Shown one piece after another: positions 54,706 to 64,000 of a stretch of DNA of 64,000 bases. A model generated the notes under the pieces. It had not been told where the DNA came from. It worked only from the letters and a program-made list of their open reading frames with translations, and did no database searches. The translations under genes were made by a program, and so were the position numbers. Source of the DNA: Paraspadella gotoi (Eukaryota; Animalia; Chaetognatha); assembly GCA_051294375.1 (NCBI GenBank), contig CM119270.1:11139626-11203625 (forward strand). Reading direction: 5' to 3'. The first letter of the stretch is position 1; every line of letters begins with the position of its first letter.

Positions 54706-55014
54706 GCGCTTTCCGCCCGGTATCTAACCCCGAAGCCGCAGCCGCAGCCGCCGCCGCAGACGCCGCTTATCACTCGGCGTTCACTCCCGCCAAACGCGGT
54801 AAACTCTCGCCGGACGCCCACTCTCCCGGCGCCGGCGGGTGCTACGGCGCCAACGGACCCGCGTCGGCCAATCACTCCCCGATGTCACCTCATCCGTTGG
54901 CGCTGGTCAAGGACGAGCGTCCGGCGTCGCGGGGCAGCGGACGAGAGGTTGGAGACGGGCGCGGCGATGGGCGCGGGGACAGCCGCTGCGGATCCAGCGA
55001 ACCCGACGGAATAA
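54706..55014 (+). CDS. RNF220: RNF220-like exon B
   Basis: ctgcAG acceptor and A|GTGAGT donor, phase 1/1. GAFRP...YHSAFTPAKRGK matches RNF220 GAFRP...YQSAFTPAKRLK. Confidence 0.9.
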   Translation, partial: ALSARYLTPKPQPQPPPQTPLITRRSLPPNAVNSRRTPTLPAPAGATAPTDPRRPITPRCHLIRWRWSRTSVRRRGAADERLETGAAMGAGTAAADPANPTE

Positions 55015-55138
55015 GTGAGTTTATTTTGGGTTGATCATTTGCGGGTAGTGTGGGGAGCGAGGTTGGTACAGGTCCAAGAAAACTGCGAGACTAAATTTCG
55101 ATATAGTTCTGATTTTTGTTTCCCACTGAATAGCTAGG

Positions 55139-55224
<86 letters not shown>

Positions 55225-56677
55225 CTCTCCGCTTTCCATTCTTGCCGGCGCGTGGTGCGTCCAGACTCGCTTTAGATTCCCTTGGTGCTCTGCTGTCGTC
55301 GTTCCCCCTCTTTCTCATCCTCTTCCAATCGGACGTGTTTTGCCGACCACTTGACTCTGTTGACGCTTTGGCTAAGAATGTTTACGTTTAAATACGAGAC
55401 AAATATTTCCCCTCTTCGCCGACGTGCGAGGGGAGAAGGGGGGAAATTGGGGGTGAAAAGGAAAACAAGGGGTTGAGAAAGAAAGGATGGTGACTGTGAT
55501 ACTGAGTTCGTAAGAACAGATCAATTCACTTCTTTTTCCCTAAAGAGAGAATCCAATTCATCAAAGCAATTTACACTTTTTCAACAATAAAACTCGAATA
55601 TTCCTTATAATCTTAGTCGTTAAAATTAACGTTTTTGCATAAATTCCGCTCAAATTATCTTAATTTTTTTTGTTATTCGTTCCAATCTTTTCTAGTTATG
55701 TTAGCTACCTACTCAATAATTTTGTTTTTCACTTTATTTTAAGTGATTTTAATCTCTCATAATTGAACATTTTTATTTATTTATATTTTCTTTATCTTTC
55801 CTCGTTCTCTCTTTTCTTGTCCAATCACGTCATCGTATTTCGTTTAAATTCCAACCAATCGATTGCGATAATTGAGACAACGACCCTCACGACGACGACG
55901 ACGACGACGACCAAGTTCCGTGACTAACAAAATAAGTTTTTAATGGATATTTTTTCCTCCCATCGGCTTTTCCCCTTTCAGCTTTCTTTCTCTTCTCCTT
56001 TTTTATATTTTGAAAGTCTTTTGTTGATTTTGTCGTCCGCCACGTGCCTCGGCGATCACGTGACCCGGTTACCGTCGCGAAACTCGACCGACCGAAAACC
56101 CAGGCTTTTCTTTCTTTTTCTTTTTGTTTTTTGTGTCAAGGGGGTCATTTACATCCGGGAGGGCGTAGAGACTTAATTTCATCCGGTAGGGGTTCGTTGA
56201 CTTTTCGACTCCTGCGCCCCCCTCTGCCCCCTGGAAATAACCCTCCACCGTCTCTCCACTCCCTCCTAAAAAAATCGGGCCCTAGGGGGCTGAGAAATAA
56301 TCCCGCGGGTGTCCGGAGGTATTTTTAGCCGCATTCTTGGTCCGGGTTGACGGGGATACGAAAACTGGATGACGTTGGCTTTGTTGTTTTCCCCGATTTT
56401 AGTTCCGTAGGTGACCCATTTCTTTTGTTTTGTTGGCGAAATATCAAAATTTATATAACATTTTTGAAAATTAACTCCGGGATGAAATTACAAACGAAGG
56501 TTTTTTAATATTTTAATCTCTAATGTCAGATTATATGATTTTTGGAGATTTAAAAAATACAGTGTGTTACGAACAATTATTTTAGAATTTAGTATTATTT
56601 AATGATTATCATTTTAGAATGATTGGCTAATTAGCAAAAGTAATCTCATCATCCATACTCATTCTTTTCAACCCCAG

Positions 56678-56804
56678 GACCGCGGCGGTTGAGTTTTCAA
56701 GAAGGAGAGACGACGATGTGCCCGGTCTGCGAGGTCGCGCTCGGAAAGGGAGAATTCAAGCAGCACCTTCAGCTGGAGTACGAACGGTTAATTCAGCTGT
56801 CGAG
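56678..56804 (+). CDS. RNF220: RNF220-like exon C (CxxC...H zinc-finger-like segment); not in the ORF track
   Basis: ccccAG acceptor and AG|GTGAGG donor, phase 1/2. MCPVCEVALGKGEFKQHLQLEYERLIQL matches RNF220 ICPICQVLLRPSELQEHMEQELEQLAQL. Confidence 0.9.
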
Positions 56805-57029
56805 GTGAGGAAGAATAAAACCTGCGGGTCAATGGAAATGAAAGGATAAATAAAGACAACTCCGTTTTCATTGAAGAATTCTTAACAATATGGTTAAAAC
56901 ATGAGAGACGGTCCTTGACGTACCTATGAATTTTAAAAATATTATTCAAAAAGGAAAAGGGCAAAATAAAACAATAAGACTAGTGTATATCAAACTCGAT
57001 TTTAAAACTTTTTTAAAATTTTGTTTCAG

Positions 57030-57075
57030 AATGCCTTTGGACGACAACGTCCGCTCGCCGAGTCCCGAAAATAAG
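57030..57075 (+). CDS. RNF220: RNF220-like exon D (46 bp)
   Basis: tttcAG acceptor and AAG|GTAAGT donor, phase 2/0; encodes (R)MPLDDNVRSPSPENK in frame with exon C. Confidence 0.75.
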
Positions 57076-58043
57076 GTAAGTTTAATAAATTAAGACCATT
57101 AAAATGTTACAACGTCGATATTAAATGTCATCTTTTAAATCTTACGTTTTTGTAAAAAACCAAACAAATAAGCTCGCATGTTTCCTCTCTTGTTTGCTTT
57201 TTTGTTGGTATTCTTATAGAAGTTAGAGCTTGTTGAACACGATTTGTCACCTGTCCATCACCTGCTCTTCCCTTTTTCGTCACCTCTTCGCCACCTCCTC
57301 GTCACCTGCCGCACCGCCCCTTATCGCCGTTGCGCAGTCGCGCTTAGACTTCTCGCGAGGAGCTGGCCGCCTCCTTTATCAGATCCTCCTTCACGTTTGA
57401 TCTCTTCTTTATTTTCCTCTTTTACGACCGGCTCACTCCTCCTCCCTTCTCTCTCTCTCACTCTCTCAACGTTCGTCCTCCATCTCTCTCTCTCTTCTCT
57501 TCTCCTCCCTCCAGCGACTCCATTGGAGAAACATTAACATAATAAAAAAAGTGAAATACGAAGAACCGCGAAAAAAAAGCACGCTTGGCGTTGAACCATT
57601 TCGTTCCATAGCTCCGTCAGTTTTTCAACTAAGCCATCCATCATACCGATGGTCATCTCTCTCTCTCGGCTCTGCTCATTCGATTCTCTTCGCCCTCTAC
57701 TCTTCCTCTCTCTCTCTCCGTCTCTCTCTCTCTCTCTTCTCTCTCGTCGCGCGACGCACCTGGTAAAACTCGCCCACTGAATCGCATCCCACGTGCGTGG
57801 TCAAGTGGGCGTACCGCAGGCTCTCTCCACCCCCTTTTGCACGACTTCGCCCATCGACAGAGATCCGAGTGAGTCGAGTGAGGGCGCCGAGGAGAGAGAG
57901 AGAGGAGGAGGAGAGAGTGAGAAGAGAGAGACGTTCAGCCGCGGGTTTCTCTGACCGAGGGATCGCCGCTCGTTTCTCTCTGAACATCGCGCGCCGAATC
58001 GTTCCCCGCATCGGTGCGAACGATCGAAATCGCGGCGATCGAA

Positions 58044-58087
58044 GACGTCAGGTCACGTGACGGAAGGATGCCCCGCGGTCACGTGAT
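58044..58087. promoter_or_regulatory. CRE-like site plus paired GTCACGTGAY E-boxes (CLEAR/USF-type)
   Basis: GTCACGTGAC at 58052-58061 and GTCACGTGAT at 58078-58087; copy 2 shows a full TGACGTCA at 62432-62439 next to GTCACGTGAC. Confidence 0.4.
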
Positions 58088-58111
58088 TCCTTTCCGATCA
58101 TTTTTTTTCAG

Positions 58112-58334
58112 ACGCGCCGCGATCGCGAAAATCCGCATCTTGGAGTGACATTGTTGCGGGTAATCCGTGTTGAGTGAAGCCGGGTGGCGATCGCCTTAAG
58201 TCTCGATTATTTAGCCAAGCACGAAAAGAAGAGAAACGAGAAAAAAATAAACCCACTAAATACCCGCAGTTCTGTACGATAACACCATCTCGAATATCGT
58301 AAGGCTGCTGCTGAGACTCCATCCAACTCTATTG
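58112..58334 (+). CDS. RNF220: RNF220-like exon E, frameshifted (probably sequencing errors)
   Basis: ttttttttcAG acceptor, phase 0 after exon D. Pieces TLLRVIR (copy 2: ILRIRV) and DRLKSRLFSQARK resemble RNF220 TFLRVRANRQTRLNARI, followed by KYPVC...IQLH in copy 2. Donor is GTGTGT here and GTATGT in copy 2. Confidence 0.6.
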
Positions 58335-58589
58335 GTGTGTCAGTCGCCTTACTTTTAAATTTTTTTTTTTTAATCTGAAATAAAAGAAGACAATTTGAGC
58401 AGTTAAGACGACTAAAAACGATAAAAAAATTAGAACATAACTGACCATTTCAAGGACAAAAAGTGAGTGATTGAAGCAAGACTAATTGCATTGAATGGCA
58501 CTAAAAATAAAATACAATTCAAACAATTAAGGATCATTGCGACTTGCAAAATTGAAAAGTATTAAGTATAACCAGAATAAAATCTGAGA

Positions 58590-59208
58590 TAATCTTCAAG
58601 AGCTCAAATCGAAAAAGTGCTTCACAGGGTCAGCCAATAATCGTTAATCGAAATTCCATTGTTTTTTCATTTTAATAACCGCGAACCTTCGCGCTTCATG
58701 TATAGATCTGCCAAAAAAAGTTGAATAATATGATAGAAAGCATGTTTAATTTCGTTAATTTTGAAGGAAAATAATTCTTTTTAAGGCCCGATTCCTGGCC
58801 AAGCCTCAAGACCGTCGATCCAGTTTTCCGGTTGTGAAATTTTTGAGGGGCTTTTAGCTTTGTATCCATAAAAAAAGCCGCTCCATCTCACTGTTGAATG
58901 ACGACCCTCTTCTCTCGCATTTTTATTTAAAAAAACTGGTTTGCAGAAGCTTTACGGTCTTGGAATTTGTGAGACTTTCTATGGTCATCGTCCTTGCTCT
59001 CCGTAGACCAGCGCAAATGCCGCCTGCTTCCAACAGCCTCGTCCCAAGGTTTCCAATTGCTTCAAAATTTGTTTACGAACTCTGGCAAGATGGTTGTAAG
59101 AGAGAAATGAAACTGTTTGCGATCGTATATCTTTTGAAAACCGTGCTTTCCAGGCTCCAATAATGGTACGCTTTTTTGGGGGTTTATTCTGTTTTGAAAG
59201 TTTCCAAT
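58590..59208 (-). mobile_element. Tc1/mariner-family transposase relic (HTH region), antisense to RNF220
   Basis: Frame pieces RTIIGAWKA and KQFHFSLTTI...VNKF; same sequence as the cleaner copy at 62680-63280. Terminal inverted repeats not identified. Confidence 0.7.
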
Positions 59209-62193
59209 GGTAAAAAAATATAAAAAAAATAAAAGACAAAGATAGGATACTTTCTTTTTTGCAAAAAAGAAAATTTGTAAAAATAAATTCGATTTTTTTT
59301 TTTTATTACAGTTTAGCACAACTTGTATAATAATTTAGCCTTAAAACCTGTCGAATACAATATAATTTGAACCAATTTTAATTAATAAGAACGACAGACA
59401 AGCGAGAAGATAGTAGGGGGTTCAAATCTTAAACTTTTTTTGACCAGATCCTGTACTTCCTAAAGCAAATGTGTCTTTGTGACTATCCCGAAAGGACTGA
59501 AGTCGCGAAGTTCCGACAAAAATAAAGACCTACATATTTCAAATTGGTGTTTTGGAGGCTATTTAACTGGAAAATAGTCCTCGAAAAAACTTAAACAACC
59601 TAAAGTCCGAAACAAAATCCCCTCAAATTCTTACAATGAACTATTTAGGGCGAGAAAAGAGTGCACTGTGGTTCTTCATTTACATGAAAAATCTTAACCG
59701 AGATCCAAAGTACGGAAATTTTGCAAATCGAGTATTCAACGGCCGCGCTGTGGCCGGTTTTGTATTCTTTTTTAACGCGCGAACCAAATCGAAGAGAGAG
59801 AGAGAGACGCAAGGGAAAGGGCTGAGAGCCTGTGCAGTATAAATGGCACTAAAAAGGCGGATGAAAAAGAGTAACGCCCTCACCATTATACCTTTCCTGA
59901 CCCCTGACATCTCAACTCCACTGCCCATTTTTCGCCTACGAAGCCTCTTCCTCGTTTTCCGAAGGAAAATCGGGGGAGAGCACCGGCCTTCAATATGCCA
60001 ACGGCTGATGGTGCTTTGACTGGAAAAGGAAATGGACAAAAAGGGCTATGTCCCCCCCCTAACCATTCTTTCCCTGATCATCATTCGCCTCTTTAAAGGT
60101 CCATCCACCTCCATTCAGTCCCTCCCCCAAACACGCTGTACAGCCACCCACCACCGCCGATCATTTTTCTCTTCTCGTCGTGACGCTCGACTGCGAGAGA
60201 GCGTTCGCCCATCTCCAAACTGTAAGTAAGAGGCCGGGAATAATGGATGCCCATGCCATCCCACGACGCTTTTGAGAAGCGAGGGGGGGGGGAATGTCCA
60301 CTCGCATGCCACCCCGACGCCACCCGTTCTATAATGTGTGGATGGAATTGAAACCGGCTATGGGGTTTCACGGTCCACACTGCTGCTACGGGCGTTCCTC
60401 TCCCGGCCGGCTGAGAGAGAGAGAGAGAGCAGAGAGAGAGAAGAAGAGAGAGAGAGCAGAAGTAGAGAATTGAGAGAGTAGGAGAGAGAGAGAGACAGAG
60501 AGAAAATGCTCTTGTTTGGTGGATGAAAAAGAGTGAGAAGCAAAAAAACGGAAAGAGTGACAGAAAGGGGAAGCCGAGAAAAAAAAAAAATGATGCGTCA
60601 ACTATTTCGTAATTAGCCATGGTAGGTCGAGAAGATACTACAGAGAATCAGTATTGAAACATTTCTTTCTTTATTCAAAAATATCTCTTTTCAACTCATT
60701 TCGATAAGAATATTGCATGCTACCTGATGTAGAAACAAACTTTGTTGCACACTGGCCATAAAAGTCCTCCAGATATACGAAGGATCTGACATTAATTATT
60801 GAGATTTTTTCATCAACCTCGCCCATGGCCCAATTGGCCCATGCACAACTGCACAACAATATTGTTCCCTTCTCATCCGCAGAGCAGCAAAACAAATTCA
60901 CTGTGTTAATTTTTTAGTCTCCTGCGCCCACCACATATTTCACTTATTCAAACCTAATCCGAGAGGAAATCTATGAAGAGCTGAGAATAATCAATGCTAC
61001 GATTACAAGCAGTAAAATCTTGCATTGTGAGTCAGATTAAAAAGTATATGAATATAAATTTGTGCAAATACTGACAAACTCAAGTTCCTAAGCCTGAGGA
61101 AACCACACCAACAGCGTGAATCAGTGAACGAACTCAAGTCCCAATTCGGTGAATATGTTTCGCCTTTCTGTAACTCGAGATAATGTACGTCGATGGTGGG
61201 CGAGGCGGTGGGGGGGGGGGCGATGGAGATGACATTCATCTCTACACTGTTCTGAAACCCAAATCGCGGCCGGGAATTCGCGCTTTGAGAGAGACGAGAG
61301 AGGCGAGAGATCGTGAGAGAGTGAGAGAGATCGGAGTTTAATGTTGTGGTTACGTGGGGTTGCCCCCATAAAAAGCGTATTAATTTTATTATTGATTCTT
61401 TATTTAATTAATTATTATTTAATTTATTTATTATAATTGCGCCTAAGTGCTTATACCTGCATACTCACCTCTGAATTAGGGTTTATGTATGTAAAAACTA
61501 GTCGTAAATCCTTTTTGCTCATCTTCTATATGTAGGGAGAGTTTTTTTTAATAATAGCAATTCAACTTGTCTTACGAAGCGGCTTAAATTAGGAATGAGC
61601 TTTCTATTTTAACTAATCCGCGTCCCGCTCTTCCCCTCTAAAGATGACTCCTGACTTCCTAAGCCAGCAACTTCTGGCTTCGTTTGTGGCTTCATCGATT
61701 TAATGATGTACGGCCTAAGGAAAACTTTCAGGACCTCAGCGCGACGCGACGCTTTACTTCTCTCGGCAAAATTGTCGAGGCTTGTCGCCTCCTTTTTTTT
61801 CGGATCCATTTTTTTAACGAAGGAGCTTAATTTTCGACTCGTTATTTGTTTCTGTCTCTCTCCATAAACTTTTTTTTTTTTCCCCTTCCTCTTCTCTTGG
61901 ACTAGGTATGATCACCCTCCTCTGTATAATGACTATAAGCATCTAAAATCAAAACGCAGCAATGCTCCCAGCTGGTTTCGACTGGCGGGCCAGTTCTATT
62001 CTATAGGGAGGATGAGAGACGGAGAGAGAGACGGAGAGAGAGAGATGACGACGAGAGAGGAGGAGAGAGATAGACGCCCCAGAGCAGCACCTCGCCACGC
62101 ACGCCACTCACCGCGCCGAGCGACGCACCCGCAAGCCAGCAACCGCATCGGATGAAGGGAGGGAGAGACGAGAGTCCCCTCCATGTTTCTTTC

Positions 62194-62224
<31 letters not shown>

Positions 62225-62496
62225 AAATAACGAGGGGGGCTCCTTTCTTTTTCTTTTCCCATCGCCCGATTTTGGAACATGACACTGAATAACAATTAGG
62301 GCACATTTTTGAGTTTATTTTTTTCTTCAACGCGATCCANNNNNNNNNNNNNNNNNNNNNNNNNCTTTTTCTCTCTGACATCGCCGCCGAATCGTTCCCG
62401 ATCGTCGAAGATCGAAATCGCGGCGATCGAATGACGTCAGGTCACGTGACGAAGGATGCCCGCGGTCACGTGATCCTTTCCGATCCATTTTTTTTC

Positions 62497-62656
62497 GACG
62501 CCGCGATCCGACGATCCTCACTTTGAGTGACATTTTGCGTATCCGTGTTGAGTGAAGAGAAACGAAAAAAAATGAAACCCACTAAATACCCAGTTTGTAC
62601 GATCACACCATCTCGAGATTATCTAGGCTGCTGCTGAGATCCATCCAACTACATTG
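62497..62656 (+). CDS. RNF220: RNF220-like exon E, redundant partial copy
   Basis: ILRIRV, PTKYPVC and IQLH pieces; G|GTATGT donor. Confidence 0.45.
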
Positions 62657-62679
62657 GTATGTCAGTCGCCTTACTTTTC

Positions 62680-63280
62680 AGAGTAATCTTCAAGAGCTTC
62701 AAATCGAAAAAGTGGTTCAGGGTCAGCCAATATCTTAATGAATGTCCATTGTTTTTTTCATTTTAAATAACGACCTCGCCTTCATGTATAGATCTAGCCA
62801 AAAAAAGTTTAATAATTATGATAAAAGCATTTAATTTCGTTATTTGAAGGAAAATAATTCTTTTTAGGCGAGTTTCCTGGCCAAGCTTCAAGCACCTCGA
62901 TCCAGTTTTCCTCGTGAAATTTTTGAGGGGCTTTAGCTTTGTATCCAGGAGCTCTATCCTCCATAAAAAGCCGCCCATTCACTGTTGAATGACTGACTCC
63001 TCTTCTCTCCATTTTTTTTAAAAACTGGTTTGCAGAAGCTTTACGGTCTTGAATTGTGAGACTTTCTAGGTCATCGTCCTTGCTCTCCGTAGACACGCAA
63101 AGCCGCCTGCTTCCAACAGCTCGTCCAAGGTTTCCAATTGCTTCAAATTTGTTTACCATTCTGCAGATGGTTGTAAGAGAGAAATGAAACTGTTTGGCGA
63201 TCTTATATCTTGACAAACCTGCTTTCCAAAGCTCAATAATGGTAGCTTTTTTGGGGGTTTATCTGTTTTGAAGTTTCCAT
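62680..63280 (-). mobile_element. Tc1-like transposase relic, redundant copy
   Basis: ORF 62809-63216 reads SRYKIAKQFHFSLTTICRMVNKFEAIGNLGRAVGSRRLCVSTESKDD...DRKASANQF...GVSHSTVNGRL...GYKAK. This fits the Tc1 paired-like HTH, GRPR-like linker and second HTH layout. Likely start is METSKQINPQK at 63280. Confidence 0.8.
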
Positions 63281-64000
63281 GGTAAAAAAATATAAAAAAA
63301 TAAAAGACAAAGATAGATACTTTTTTTTGCCAAAAAGAAAATTATAAAACAAAATTTCAACTTCTATAATATTTAGCCTAAAAACCTTGTCGAATACAAT
63401 ATATTTGTTTTGGCTATCAAATGAACCCAAGTNNNNNNNNNNAAAGATAGATACTTTCTTTTTTGCAAAAAAGAAAATTGTAAAAATAAAATTTCGATTT
63501 TTTTTTTTTTAAGTTTTAGCACAACTTGTATAATATTTAGCCTTAAAACCTTGTCGAATACAATATATTTGAACCCAAGTTTTAATTAATAAGACGACAG
63601 ACAAGCGAGNNNNNNNNNNNNNNNNNNNNNNNNNNNNNNNNNNNNNNNNNNNNNNNNNNNNNNNNNNNNNNNNNNNNNNNNNNNNNNNNNNNNNNNNNNN
63701 NNNNNNNNNNNNNNNNNNNNNNNNNNNNNNNNNNNNNNNNNNNNNNNNNNNNNNNNNNNNNNNNNNNNNNNNNNNNNNNNNNNNNNNNNNNNNNNNNNNN
63801 NNNNNNNNNNNNNNNNACAAAAATAAACCTACATATTTCAATGGTGTTTGAGGCTATTTTACTGAAAATATCCTCGACAAAACGTTAAAAACCTAAAGTC
63901 CGAAACAAAATCCCTAAATTCTTTACAATGAACTATTTAGGCGAGAAAAGAGTGCCTGTGGTTTCTTCATACAAAAATCTTACGAGATCCAAGTACGGAA

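Larger units (their letters stand above)
57975..59717. repeat. Duplicated block D, copy 1 (copy 2 at 62369-64000)
   Basis: Collinear match from ttctctctga(a)catcg to gagatccaa(a)gtacggaa. Confidence 0.9.
62369..64000. repeat. Duplicated block D, copy 2, starting right after a 25-N gap
   Basis: Matches 57975-59717 but lacks about 58180-58226 and about 58357-58585. Confidence 0.9.

Noticed and set aside
59940-59975. PRFSFGKR neuropeptide-like motif on the minus strand
   Set aside because: Single occurrence, no signal peptide or repeated peptides; compatible with chance.
61970-62000. ttcgactggcgggccag as the RNF220 EW(A/C)GQ exon
   Set aside because: Needs a frameshift and lacks the following KR(I/V)RAT motif.

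Overview
This is AT-rich animal (metazoan) genomic DNA from a low-accuracy draft scaffold, with very dense (GA/CT)n, (TTTC)n and (GAC)n microsatellites and 11 N-gaps. Nearly all ORF-track entries are microsatellite translations. One gene is firmly recognisable: an RNF220-like E3 ubiquitin ligase on the + strand. Its four phase-consistent exons lie at 53744-54252, 54706-55014, 56678-56804 and 57030-57075, with a fifth, frameshifted exon at about 58112-58334; I did not find the C-terminal RING exons. An antisense Tc1-like transposase relic sits just downstream of the fifth exon. A probable receptor L-domain (InR/EGFR-type) exon lies at the left edge on the - strand, and several orphan candidate exons lie on the - strand at 20-28 kb. 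Much of the window is redundant: a direct copy (29.95-35.2 kb vs 44.2-49.9 kb), an inverted copy (35.3-42.1 kb vs 49.9-56.0 kb), a fold-back at 39.9-44.2 kb, and two smaller duplications. The junction logic and indel-rich divergence point to mis-assembly of error-prone long reads rather than true paralogy. The best novelty candidates are an unidentified, GC-rich, multi-helix ncRNA-like element at about 21210-21420, a hairpin present in only one copy of an RNF220 intron, a CRE plus paired E-box (CLEAR-type) cassette before the fifth RNF220 exon, and several regularly spaced motif clusters. I cannot support a new multi-gene system from this sequence.
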